In this document: piece after piece, positions 51,446-61,800 of the stretch
Numbering within the stretch: the first letter of the stretch is position 1
How the letters are laid out: the number at the start of each line of letters is the position of its first letter
NCBI GenBank assembly: GCA_965248575.1
Contig: CBDFJQ010000002.1
Span: 1,248,001 to 1,312,000, forward strand
Source: Planctomycetota bacterium
GTDB lineage: Bacteria; Planctomycetota; B15-G4
Reading direction: 5' to 3'
DNA length: 64,000 nt
Position numbers and translations under genes: made by a program
The notes under the pieces: generated by a model
Databases searched by the model: none
Seen by the model: the letters and a program-made list of their open reading frames with translations, nothing else
What the model was told of the DNA's origin: nothing

Positions 51446-52524
51446 GAGACCGAGACCTCCTGGGCCACGCGACCTCCACCGAGCACCATGTCCTCCCCAT
51501 AGAAGACAGCATACTGGCCAGGCGTGATGTCGTAGCTGGGCTGCTCGAAGTGCAGCTCCACCCGGCCGCCCGACACCACGACGCGAGCGGCTTCGGGCTC
51601 GTGATGGTGGCGAAGCTGGACGAGCAGCGGTTGATCCCATTGCGGCTCGGAATGCCAGCGGACGCCGTCCAAATTGCAACGGGAGCGGAGCAGGTCGTCC
51701 CGGCTCCCAACGGTCACCCGCCCGCTGGCCGGATCGATCTCCGTGACGAAGGCCGGCTCACCGAGGGCCACACCCAAGCCCCGACGCTGGCCCACCGTGA
51801 AGCTACCCACACCCTCGTGGGTCGTCAGCACCTGACCCGCGGGGTTCGTCATCTCGCCAGCCACTCCGAGATCGCCCAGGCGTTCCTTCACCACAGCTCG
51901 GTAGTCGCCGCCAGGAACGAAACAGATGTCCGCCGAGTCCTGCTTGTCGGCAACGGGCAACCCCAACCGCCGGGCTTCGTCGCGAACCTGGCCCTTTTCC
52001 ATGTGCCCCACCGGAAAGCGGGCACGCTTGAGCTGGTCGGGGCTGAGGCCGTGCAGCAGATAGCTCTGGTCCTTGTTCCGATCGACGGCGCGCCGCAGCC
52101 GGCCCTCGGCGAGCTGGGCGTAATGTCCCGTGGCCACCCCGTCACAAGAGAGGTCGTCAGCCAGGTTCAGCAGCTCACCGAACTTCAAGTCGTTGTTGCA
52201 GAGGACGCAGGGATTGGGGGTGAGACCCACCACGTAGTCCTTGCAAAACGACTTGATGAGCTCCGCGAAGGGCTTCGAGAGGTCCTGGACGTAGAAGGGG
52301 ATATCGAGATGGTCCGCCACACGCCTCGCGTCCCGGGCATCCGAGACGGAACAGCAGGACCGCGCCTTGGCGGGGGCTTGGGCGGAATCGTCTTCGCTGC
52401 CCGTGATCCCGTTGCGCATGAAGACCCCCACCAACTCGTGGCCTTGTTCGGCCAACAGGCCGGCACAGACCGCCGAATCCACACCACCGCTCAATGCGAC
52501 CAGGGTGCGTGGCGGGGAACTCAT
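51442..52524 (-). CDS. mnmA: tRNA 2-thiouridylase
   Basis: ALSGGVDS, SCCS, TPNPCVLCN, ATGHYA, KDQSY, ICF, TVGQRRGLG, TPGQ. Confidence 0.97.
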   Translation of the reverse strand: MSSPPRTLVALSGGVDSAVCAGLLAEQGHELVGVFMRNGITGSEDDSAQAPAKARSCCSVSDARDARRVADHLDIPFYVQDLSKPFAELIKSFCKDYVVGLTPNPCVLCNNDLKFGELLNLADDLSCDGVATGHYAQLAEGRLRRAVDRNKDQSYLLHGLSPDQLKRARFPVGHMEKGQVRDEARRLGLPVADKQDSADICFVPGGDYRAVVKERLGDLGVAGEMTNPAGQVLTTHEGVGSFTVGQRRGLGVALGEPAFVTEIDPASGRVTVGSRDDLLRSRCNLDGVRWHSEPQWDQPLLVQLRHHHEPEAARVVVSGGRVELHFEQPSYDITPGQYAVFYGEDMVLGGGRVAQEVSVS

Positions 52525-52796
52525 GTCGGGATCTCCATAGGGGCTCGGGGGACATCCGTCGGGTCCCGGCGGCTCGATGATGCCTCGGGGATGCCTCGGG
52601 GGTGCCAAGGATCCCGCCGATGTTCCCGCCGATGGTCCCGGGGCGGTCTGATACCTATCATGCCGGATCGATCGGGACGCGTCGCGTCTCATGCTGATCA
52701 CCAGCACCCCGCCCGCAGCCAGCTCGCTCGCCCGTTCGGGACCCAGCCCCTTCCGGCATCCCGTCCCGCCACCCTTCCCGCCCCCCCGGCCCCGCC

Positions 52797-53162
52797 ATGT
52801 TCCCGACCTCATTTTCCTCCGGCTCAGCCCTTTTCCTCGCCGCGGTCCAGTCCACGGACGGCGTCCCCGCGGAGGAGACAAAGCCCGACTTCTTCTTCAT
52901 GATCGCCATCATCCTGGCGATCTTCTGGTTCGTGGCGATCATGCCCGAACGCAAGCAGCGCAAGAAGAAAGCCGCCATGATGGAGGAGCTGAAGAAGAAC
53001 GATCGCGTGCTGCTCTCGTCCGGCATGTACGCCACCGTCGCCGCGATCGGTGAGCAGGACATCACCGTCAAGTTCGATGATGGTCCCACCCGGGTCAGGG
53101 TCTTGAAGTCCGCCATCTCAACCGTTCTGGACAAGAACGAGGACGGCAACGACAAGAGCTAG
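52797..53162 (+). CDS. yajC: preprotein translocase subunit
   Basis: TM then PERKQRKK..MMEELKKNDRVLLSSGMYATV...KSAIS. Confidence 0.92.
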   Translation: MFPTSFSSGSALFLAAVQSTDGVPAEETKPDFFFMIAIILAIFWFVAIMPERKQRKKKAAMMEELKKNDRVLLSSGMYATVAAIGEQDITVKFDDGPTRVRVLKSAISTVLDKNEDGNDKS

Positions 53163-53166
53163 GACG

Positions 53167-53559
53167 GTGGGACAACTCTCCCATGATCGCGGGCGCCGTG
53201 CCGAGGAGGCAGCTCAGCGTGCGCTGCAGTCGGCTGGCTTCCGGCTGATCGAGAGCAACTTCCGTATCACCGGAGCCGAGATCGATGTGGTCTGTCGGGA
53301 TGGCGATGGTGTCGTCTTCGCCGAAGTCCGGGGACGCGGCCCTGGGCTCGTCGCACCGTCTGCAACCCTGGACGGCCGCAAGCTGAAGTTCTTGATGCGA
53401 GGCGCCCGGGCGTGGCTGGCCCAGCACGGCCAGGCGCGTAGCGCTTGGCGCTTCGTGGTGGTCGAGGTGGGGCTTGATGAAGATGGGCGCCCCATCTCCA
53501 CCGAAATCATCGAAGACCCCTTTGTTCATCTGCCGGAGTTTCATCGTGGTGACGACTAG
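53167..53559 (+). CDS. YraN (UPF0102) family nuclease-like protein
   Basis: GRRAEEAA, NFR..AEIDVV, VFAEVRGR, WRF. Confidence 0.85.
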   Translation: MGQLSHDRGRRAEEAAQRALQSAGFRLIESNFRITGAEIDVVCRDGDGVVFAEVRGRGPGLVAPSATLDGRKLKFLMRGARAWLAQHGQARSAWRFVVVEVGLDEDGRPISTEIIEDPFVHLPEFHRGDD

Positions 53560-54919
53560 GACATCCCCGCGCGTCCAGGCCCTCAGCCTGAGCGCCGCCT
53601 TCCTGATGCTCGCGCTCGCCCTCGCAGGCTGCGCGGATCTCCACGCCCAGACCCACCGGGACGGTTGGAAGCCTGCGAGAAACGACTGGAACCATGTCCC
53701 GCGCGCCATGGAACCTGCGGTGCACGTCGACGCAGCCAACCCGAGCGAGTTTTCACGCCGCCGCGCAGCCCTCGCAGCGGCCATGGGCGGCCCCTCGGCC
53801 ATCTGGATTCCCGCCCGAGGCTTCGATGAAGTCGACCCCTTCTTCCAAGAGGACGACTTCTACTACCTCTCGGGCTCCGAGATCCCCGACATCGCCCTGC
53901 TGATGGTGATCGACGAGCACGGAGAGCTCACGGGCGACACCTTGTTCCTGCCTGCAAAGGACCCGAACTTCGAGCTCTGGAACGGCGCTCGCCTCGCTCC
54001 CGGAAGCGCAGCCGCCGCCCAGACAGGCTTCCGGGACACCGCGGCCCTGCCCCAGGCCGATGCGGAGTGGAGCCAACTGCTGGCCCAGAGCGGCGCCCCC
54101 CTGATCCATGTCCTGGGCGAGCCCGGCTGGGCTGCGCCCGAGGGCGTGGAGCTGGCTGTGGCCAACCGACGAGACCCCGAAAGTCTACGAGCCACTCTCT
54201 CGGCGCAGCGCCTCGTGAAATCCGAGTACGAGATCGCATGCCTCCAAGCGGCCATCGACATCACCTGTGCAGCTTTGCGCAATGCCGTGACCGAGATCCA
54301 ACCGGAAGCCTGGGAGTATCAGGCCCAGGGAGCCCTTGAAGGGGCCTACCTGCGCATGGGCAGCGAACGCCCTGGCTTCTCCTCCATCTTCGGTTCCGGG
54401 CCCAATTCCGTGACGCTGCACTACAACAGCAACCGCCGACAGATGCAGGACGGCGAGCTGATGGTCATGGATGTTGGGGCCAAGTACCGCTACTACTGCG
54501 CCGATGTGAGCCGCACGGTGCCGGTCAATGGCCGTTTCACCGAGCGCCAGCGGGAGGTCTACGAGACCGTCCTTGCTGCCCAGACGGCGGCGGCAAATGC
54601 AGCGCGCCCCGGGATGACAATCAAGGACCTGGACGACATCGCCCGAAAGGTGATCGAGGACGCCGGTTTCGAGCGGAAGCACTTCCCTCACTCCGTCGGC
54701 CACTGGATCGGTCTGGACGTCCACGACGTGGGCGGCAGAGTCCCCATCGTGGAAGGATCCTTGTTCACCATCGAGCCGGGCATCTACATCGCGGAGGAGT
54801 CCTTGGGGGTGCGCATCGAAGATGACTACCTCATGACCGCAGATGGTGCCGTGAAGCTCTCGGTGGGCTTCCCGAGCGACCCCGACGACCTGCTGGAGCT
54901 GCTCGCAAGCAGGAAGTGA
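53549..54919 (+). CDS. pepP: Xaa-Pro aminopeptidase (lipoprotein-like signal)
   Basis: FFQEDDFYYLSG, LHY, MDVG, ADVSRT, HSVGHWIGLDVHD, TIEPGIY, GVRIEDD; LAGC lipobox; start uncertain. Confidence 0.88.
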   Translation: MTTRTSPRVQALSLSAAFLMLALALAGCADLHAQTHRDGWKPARNDWNHVPRAMEPAVHVDAANPSEFSRRRAALAAAMGGPSAIWIPARGFDEVDPFFQEDDFYYLSGSEIPDIALLMVIDEHGELTGDTLFLPAKDPNFELWNGARLAPGSAAAAQTGFRDTAALPQADAEWSQLLAQSGAPLIHVLGEPGWAAPEGVELAVANRRDPESLRATLSAQRLVKSEYEIACLQAAIDITCAALRNAVTEIQPEAWEYQAQGALEGAYLRMGSERPGFSSIFGSGPNSVTLHYNSNRRQMQDGELMVMDVGAKYRYYCADVSRTVPVNGRFTERQREVYETVLAAQTAAANAARPGMTIKDLDDIARKVIEDAGFERKHFPHSVGHWIGLDVHDVGGRVPIVEGSLFTIEPGIYIAEESLGVRIEDDYLMTADGAVKLSVGFPSDPDDLLELLASRK

Positions 54920-54920
54920 C

Positions 54921-56345
54921 GTGAATCGCCGGGCATCCATTTCTATCTTTGCGTTCGTGGAGGCACTCGTCCTCCTGGTCGTGTTGATGCCTGTCGTGCA
55001 CATGCGCTCCTTCACGGAGCGGATGTTTCTCGAGTCCACCGAGCACTTGCCGGAGGTGGCGCCCGACGAAGTCTGGTTCATCGTCCTGCGCTCGCTCCTG
55101 TTGCTGTTGGTCCTCCAGGCCAGCTTCGCGCTGCGCGACCTGTACCGCTGGAATGTGATCGTGCGCCCGCGACAGGTCGTGGTGCGCCTGGTCGAAGCCA
55201 CGATCACCGCTCTGATCGTCATGCCCTTGCTGCACTACGGGCTGGGCATCCTGGACCGCAGCCTCGAGCTGGACGGCATCTTCCAGCGGCTCGAGATCCA
55301 TCCCCTACTCGTGGCCGCCAGCCTGGGCGTCGCCTTCCTCGTGGCCTATGGCCTGCGCCTGCGATTCCCGCGCTGGATTCGTGGCGCCGGCCTCGCCGAA
55401 CGCGTCGCCATCGTGGGCCGCGGCCCCATGGTCGACCTGTGCATCGAGGAAGTGGCACGAGAACATGACCCGAGCATCGACTTGGCAGGAGTCGTGGATG
55501 ACCCGGCCACGGCTTCCCGCGGTCGCACGGTGCTCGGCCCGGCCAGCGACGTCGAGTCCATCGTGCGTCGGAACGAGGTCCAGCGGTTGGTGATCGATCG
55601 CGGCACCGCGATCCCCAACGACATCCTGCTGCGCCTGCGCCTGGCGGATGTCCACATTATCGACACGGCATCCTTCTACGAACGGCTGACGGGTCGACTC
55701 TCACCGGAGAGCTTTCGTGACGATGACCTCTTCCTGGAGCGAGCGGCCAGCAACGTCCTCTACCGCCTGACGAGCCACGTGCTGGACCGGGCCGTCGCGA
55801 TGCTTGGTTTGATTCTCGCGGCCCCCCTGCTCGCCGCGACAGCCCTGGCCATCAAGCTGGAGTCCCGAGGTCCCGTCTTCTACAGCCAGGAGCGCATCGG
55901 CGCGAACGGCAAGCCCTTCCGCATCTACAAGTTTCGTTCCATGCGCCAGGACGCAGAGACCAAGAGCGGCCCCGTGTGGGCGCAGGCGGGAGACACGCGC
56001 GTCACGCGCATCGGCAAGTGGCTTCGCAAGTTGCGCATCGATGAGATCCCACAGCTCTGGTCCGTGATCCGCAACGACATGGCCCTCGTGGGGCCGCGAC
56101 CCGAGCGCGAGTTCTTCATCGAGGAACTCGAGCGGGAGATCCCGCACTACGGCCAACGCCATCTGGTCAAGCCCGGCGTCACGGGCTGGGCGCAGATCAA
56201 CTACAGCTACGGCGCGAGCGTCGACGACGCCTTCATCAAGCTTCAGTTCGATCTCTACTACATCAAGCACCGCAGCCTGGCCATCGACATCGCGATCCTG
56301 TTGCGCACCATCAAGGTCGTCGTGCTGCAGAAGGGCGCCGTCTAG
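54921..56345 (+). CDS. polyprenyl glycosylphosphotransferase (priming sugar transferase)
   Basis: N-terminal TMs; KFRSM, DTRVTRIG, RIDEIPQL, LVGPRPE, KPGVTGWAQ, DLYYIK. Confidence 0.93.
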   Translation: MNRRASISIFAFVEALVLLVVLMPVVHMRSFTERMFLESTEHLPEVAPDEVWFIVLRSLLLLLVLQASFALRDLYRWNVIVRPRQVVVRLVEATITALIVMPLLHYGLGILDRSLELDGIFQRLEIHPLLVAASLGVAFLVAYGLRLRFPRWIRGAGLAERVAIVGRGPMVDLCIEEVAREHDPSIDLAGVVDDPATASRGRTVLGPASDVESIVRRNEVQRLVIDRGTAIPNDILLRLRLADVHIIDTASFYERLTGRLSPESFRDDDLFLERAASNVLYRLTSHVLDRAVAMLGLILAAPLLAATALAIKLESRGPVFYSQERIGANGKPFRIYKFRSMRQDAETKSGPVWAQAGDTRVTRIGKWLRKLRIDEIPQLWSVIRNDMALVGPRPEREFFIEELEREIPHYGQRHLVKPGVTGWAQINYSYGASVDDAFIKLQFDLYYIKHRSLAIDIAILLRTIKVVVLQKGAV

Positions 56346-56375
56346 CCCTCGCACAGGGACGCCGGCTCCAGCGCG

Positions 56376-58481
56376 TTAGAGTTCGATGGTCATGGCGATG
56401 CTGCGGACGGTCTCAGGGCCGAGCTTGTGCAACTGTTGCACAAGGACCTGATTGCGGTTGAGGCCCAGCGACTCGAACTCTCCAGCACCCTTCCAGCGAC
56501 GCTCATCCAAGACCTCCACAAAGTCGGCCAGGAGGCGTGCGTACCCACGAGCGTGTTCACTCGCGAGCGCCGCCCCCTCCACGGGCAGGTAGGACAGCGC
56601 GTGGGCCAGGGGAATGCGCGGATCGCGAGCCTCCCGCAGCGCATCCAGCTGCGCCCTGCGCTCCACCTCCGCGCGCACAGCACCCGGGAAGACACCCGCG
56701 GAGAAGACATCGCCCAACTGACCGAAGAAGCCGTTCTCCAGAAAGCGACGGACGTCGATGATGTGTCGCCGCTCATGTAAGGAAAGGGACTCGAGAACCA
56801 ACTCGTCGTAGTCGTCCCCCGCGTCCCGACGCGCCGCCACCGCGATTCGCCAGGCGACATCGAGAGGCTCGCTGAGATCTCGCCGTTGCACGGAACCGGC
56901 AGCCGGCCAGGCTGTCCATGGATGGCCGAGCGCGTCAGGGAAGCCCTGACTTTGGGCGACCACTTGCTCGAGGTCCAAGAACACGAAGCGGTCCAAGCCC
57001 GCGCCAGCAAAGCGCGCCCCCTGGCTCGCCGCGAAGCCCGGAACGCGCTGACGAAGCACATGACACTCGTCGTACAGCCCCCCCGGCGGATCGGGGAGCT
57101 CGCGCACTGTCACGTCAGCCAGGTCGTACCAGGTCAGCTCAGGCGGCATCCCCAGGGCTTTCCCAGCCGCGATGAAGGTCTGGGGCATCCGCTCTCGCAG
57201 GGCCCGCGTGTCGAGCATGTCGCCAAACAGTCCGTAATCGATACGCGGCACGTCCTCGAGAGTGACGTGAGAACCCAGGGGGTCGGCGCGCTCATCCAGG
57301 AGCTCGAGGAATCTCTGCAAGGAAAGAGCGTCCCCCGACTTCAGGACCCTTCCGTAGCTTTCCCTCGCCGCGAGATCCCACTCGTGTGCCAAGCGTAGGG
57401 TGTCCAAGGCAGGAGAGCCGACTCGCTGCGTGGCTTCATCCACCTGGTTCTCCCATCCCGGAAGAACACCTTGCAGCGCCGTGGACTCGTGCTGCGCACC
57501 GTGCTCCGTACGTCGCTGCGCGGCCAAGCGCTGCTGCCAGCGCGCCAGTTGACGGCCCGTGCTCGTCAACGGACCGTAGTCTCCCAACTGCTCGGCGGCG
57601 GTACCGGTTGAGGATGGGTTGGCCCGCATCGAGGAAGCGAGAGCTACCGCATGGGACAGGTCACCTGATCGTTCAGCCAACCGCGAGCACAGGCCTTGCT
57701 CCGCTGCGTGCATCAGGCGCTCGGCGGAAGGATCCGACGCGATCGAGCCCGCCGCCAAAGCCGCTGCCACACGGTGCTCCACGGACGCCAAGGGCACCAG
57801 CTCCAGGATCTGCTGGAGCAGCTGTACTGAGCGGGGGACCGCATGCCCACTGGAGAGGTCCATCAACAAGCCGTCGCCCGCCATCACGAGCCGCCCTGTG
57901 TAGGCGGCGAGCTGCCGGCGGAGCAGGCGCAAGCGTGCTGTGTCCACGGTTGCCCCCAGCAGCAGCTGCTCGGCCTCCGTGAATTGGCCCCGTCCCAGCA
58001 GGGATTCAACGAGCAGGGCCAAGGCTTCGGGTCCGCCCGGAGAGGCACCCAGAGCAGACCGGGCCATGGACTCCCTGCGGGAGGAGGTGCCGGACAGACG
58101 CACCTCCTCGAGCAGCAGGGCGGGATGGCCGTCCTGTTCCCTGGCCGTCGTGCCCAGCCACTCCCGGGCGCGCGCGCGGCTGGCGAAGTAACGGCAAGCC
58201 AGCCACGAGCCGGAGGCCCTGAGCTGCGAGAGGACCTTGGACCGCCCCTCCTCGCTCACAGCCACGTCCGCTAGGGCGCGCTCACGGAAGAGCGGGTCGT
58301 TCACCTGCGTCGCAGCTGTCCGAGCCGCCTCGACATCGCCTCGAGCCAAACCCAGCCAGACCTGGTCGAGTGCGGCGTCGTCCTGGGTCAGCTCCACCGA
58401 CCCGGGGGATGCGCAGGCGGTCACCATGCCCATCAGGGCCAAAAACATCGCCCAACAGCCTGCCCTCCAGGACGTCTTCAT
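56376..58481 (-). CDS. hypothetical lipoprotein with TPR-like helices and HExxH motif
   Basis: MVTAC lipobox; SLHERRH followed by EVERRA. Confidence 0.7.
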   Translation of the reverse strand: MKTSWRAGCWAMFLALMGMVTACASPGSVELTQDDAALDQVWLGLARGDVEAARTAATQVNDPLFRERALADVAVSEEGRSKVLSQLRASGSWLACRYFASRARAREWLGTTAREQDGHPALLLEEVRLSGTSSRRESMARSALGASPGGPEALALLVESLLGRGQFTEAEQLLLGATVDTARLRLLRRQLAAYTGRLVMAGDGLLMDLSSGHAVPRSVQLLQQILELVPLASVEHRVAAALAAGSIASDPSAERLMHAAEQGLCSRLAERSGDLSHAVALASSMRANPSSTGTAAEQLGDYGPLTSTGRQLARWQQRLAAQRRTEHGAQHESTALQGVLPGWENQVDEATQRVGSPALDTLRLAHEWDLAARESYGRVLKSGDALSLQRFLELLDERADPLGSHVTLEDVPRIDYGLFGDMLDTRALRERMPQTFIAAGKALGMPPELTWYDLADVTVRELPDPPGGLYDECHVLRQRVPGFAASQGARFAGAGLDRFVFLDLEQVVAQSQGFPDALGHPWTAWPAAGSVQRRDLSEPLDVAWRIAVAARRDAGDDYDELVLESLSLHERRHIIDVRRFLENGFFGQLGDVFSAGVFPGAVRAEVERRAQLDALREARDPRIPLAHALSYLPVEGAALASEHARGYARLLADFVEVLDERRWKGAGEFESLGLNRNQVLVQQLHKLGPETVRSIAMTIEL

Positions 58482-58652
58482 AAAGAACGCCTCATCAGAG
58501 ACTTATGCATGTTTGCAAGATGTTCGGGTGCCCCTCAGGGCCAAAGACGCTGAATCCGCTTCCCGGTGCCCGCGTGCCACATCCGATCAGATATCGCCGT
58601 AACGACTTACTAGCAAGGCACTTAAAAAACATCTCAAGTTACACCCGTGAAT

Positions 58653-58668
58653 TGGCACGGCAGTTGAT
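58653..58668 (+). promoter_or_regulatory. sigma54-type -24/-12 promoter TGGCACG-GCAG-TTGAT
   Basis: Perfect -24 box and correct spacing; -12 GC is GA; AT-rich region upstream. Confidence 0.65.
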
Positions 58669-58678
58669 AAGGGAGTTG

Positions 58679-58808
58679 GTGCCGAGGATTTTTCGGATGC
58701 TCAATCCTGCGGCTGACTGGGATCGGGCCCGGGCAGTCGCATTACAGGATTGTAAGGGAGGAGGATAGGGTCGGCTCCCACGCGGAGCCGACCCTATCTC
58801 TTTTTTTT
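58679..58808 (+). ncRNA. candidate GGA-rich small RNA or attenuator leader
   Basis: Lies between the sigma54 site and a terminator; three hairpins and 8 GGA motifs, including TTACA-GGAT-TGTAA. Confidence 0.55.
58764..58808 (+). terminator. intrinsic terminator
   Basis: 15-bp perfect stem GATAGGGTCGGCTCC/GGAGCCGACCCTATC, loop CACGC, then TC and T8. Confidence 0.92.
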
Positions 58809-58875
58809 GGCGCGCCGCTTTTTTCCCAGCCGCAAGGGGAACGCAACAGGGCTTGGGGGTAGCCTTCCGCACTCC

Positions 58876-61800
58876 ATGCTGGTTTTCCGCGTCGGCAAAG
58901 TCATGGCTCTGTGGGGGTCGGTGCTCGTACTGAGCACCCACGCCTATTTCCGGAGCGTGGCAGCCTCCACCATCGACTCTCGCCTGCTGTGGGGGCTCCC
59001 CGTCATCCTGGGAGCGCTTCTGCTCGGGCATCTGCTCGCCCTGGCCGTTCCTTCGGCCCGGAGGCGCAGGCTCGACGCAGATCAGCACGGCCTGAGCCTG
59101 CTCGTGGCAGCCATCTGCCTGGAAGCGTTTTCACACGTGGAAGCGCACACCTCGATCCGGGTCCTGCGTGAGGAGGTTCCGCAGATTCTGGGCTGGATCT
59201 ACCCCACCATGGTCCTGCTCACGCCGCTCGGACTGAAGCTCAGCAGTTCGCTGCGATCCGCAGCCGACCAAGGCTTGTGGATCAGCCTCTCGCTCTGCAG
59301 CCTGAGTGGTGCCGTGGTGCTGCTCAGCGCCCCTGCGGCTCTTTGCCTGGGCTTCATCGCCTTGGTCATGCAGTTCGACGATGGAGGTGGGCGCGTTCAA
59401 CGCAGCCCGCTCTTGCTCTTCGCCACCCTGGTGGTGGGCCTGCTCTTGCTGAGTTCGTGGGTGGGGCTCAACCCGCTGCACGCCGCACCCAGCCGCGCGT
59501 GGATTCTCGCCGCCGCCAGCACGGGCCTGGCCATCGCCGTACGCCCCCGCAAGCGCGCCGACTGGCGCTGGATCCTCTCGGCACCGCTTGCCACGGCTCT
59601 GCTGATTGCCCTGAGCGCCCTGCTGCTCACGGTCTACCTGGGTGTTCAAGTGGACTGGCTCCCTGCCCTGCGCACGCGCCTCACCGTCTTCCGCCAGCAC
59701 CCGAATTTCCTGGCGCCCTTCCTGGCCTTCCAGTCGCTGGTGGCGCTGGGCCTCGCGCTCAGCGAAAGGCGCTTCCGCCTGACGGGCCTGGCATGCAGCG
59801 CGCTGCTCGCCGCGTCGACCGTGATGACCGACTCACGCACTGGCATCGGCGCCCTCGCCCTCGCCCTGCTCACGCTTCCCATCTTGTATGGCCTGGCTCG
59901 ACTCAGCGCCAAACTCCAGCGACGCCTTGCCTGGGCGACCTTGGTCGGTGCCCCGCTGCTGCTGGGCGGCGTCTTGTGGTCGCAACAAAACGACTCGGGT
60001 GAGAGCTCCCTCTTGCAGGCGGCCTCGAAGCTGGAACGTTTTGACGCCTCCATGGAATACAGGGTCGACGCTTGGTGGAACAGCATCGACATCATCAAGA
60101 CCAACCCGCTGCTGGGCATTGGACCGGGCACCTTCGTCTCGGTGCGGCGGTTCCAGCCCGGTAGCCGCTTCTTCAACGAGCCCGAGTCGCCGCACCCTCA
60201 CAACGTGCTGCTATATGTGGGCCAGGCTGCGGGCATCCCCGCCGCCCTCTTGAGCCTCGCCTGGCTGCTGGCCCTGCTCAAGGTCTTGTGGACGGGCTTC
60301 GGGTCAGGCTCCCATGAGGCTCCGCGCTTCCTGCTTGCCACGCTGATCGCCGCGACGGTGGGCCTCGCAGCTGCGAGCTGTCTGGACCTGGGACTCTCCC
60401 TGCAAACCGTCTTGCCCGCACCCATCTTTGTGCTGACCGGCCTGGCGCTGGGCTCGGCCACCCTTCATGAGCGACGACGACGGGAAGGACCTGCACTGCT
60501 CTGGACCCTGCCTTTGGCGCTCTTGATGGTGCCCGATGGATTGCAGGCGATACGCGCTCGAAGCGACCTCGAGCAGGCCAAGCTCATGTGGTACCTCGCA
60601 GGCCAGCGTCGCGGCGATGCCGATCAGTTGCGGGACTCGTCGCGCGAGGTCCTCGCCCAAGCCATCCAGCGCGACCCTGACCTTGCACCCGCCTACGACC
60701 TCCTGGCCCGCTGGACCGAAAACGCCGACGGCGGCTTCCTGGCGGCCAAGCAGGTGCTGGAAGACCTCGTGCAACGGGCTGAGACCTACGGACCGAGCCT
60801 GAGTCTGCTCGGGCACCTCTACATGCGACACGGCATGTACACCGAAGCCAGCACCTGGCTCGAACGAGGCCTCGCTTGCAGCCACGGGAGCGTGCATCTC
60901 ACCCGCGACCGGGCCGATGTCATCCTCAGCCTGGCGCGCCTGGGCCAACGCCAGGAATGCCTCGAACAGATCGCGTCCGCCTTGCGCCTCGGATCCGGCG
61001 TCGTCGATGAGCTGCCTTTCGTGTGGAGAGCGGAGATCCAGGAATACCTGCTCACGCTAGGAGGCGACCCCAGCTTGGCCCCCATCCGTCTCTCGGAAGC
61101 GGCAGAGATCCTCTTCGCGCGCAACATCGCGCTCGAGGAAGCCACCCAACCCGTCGGCCGGCAATTCTGGATGGCCACCTACAACGCCTATCGGCGTGCT
61201 GACAAGGACAGCGGCGCGGCGGATGTCCTCAACTACATCGAGCAGCATCAGATCTTCGATGAGCCCCACACCCTCGCGTACGAACGCGGGCGGATGAAGC
61301 TGGATGCCGAGGACCTCGAGGGAGCGCTCGAGTTGTTCGAGACCGCGGCCGACGTGGCGCCGAGCACGTCCGCTCCCTACTTCCGCATGGCGGCCACCGA
61401 CGTGCGCCGTCTCCAGGGAAAGGTGACCGAAGCGGCGGAGCAGACCGCCGATGCCTTTGCGGCCACCGGCGAGATCCTCGACCGGCCGATGGCCTTCCTC
61501 GAGAGCCTCGAACTGCAATCGTCCGTTGCCCTCGCCAAGGGCGATGCAGCGAGTGCGGCACAGCTGCTCGAGCGCACCCTGCTGTATGAGGACGAACTGG
61601 AAGCACGGGCTGCCCGCTGGGAGCGCGTCGGTGATCTCTACCGGCTCGCTGGCGACGGGAAGGAAGGCGTCCGTGCCTATGGAGAGGCGCTGGTTCATCT
61701 CAACGCCAAGCCCTTCGGCTTGCCGAACCTCCAACTCGGTCAGGTTCGCTCCATCCCGGGTCGCATTGCGCAATCGCTGTGCAGCACCTGGCGAGAGATG

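Noticed and set aside
58505..58768. 87-aa ORF across the sigma54/GGA region
   Set aside because: No SD or recognisable motif, atypical low-GC codons, and it runs through the promoter; a non-coding reading explains the region better
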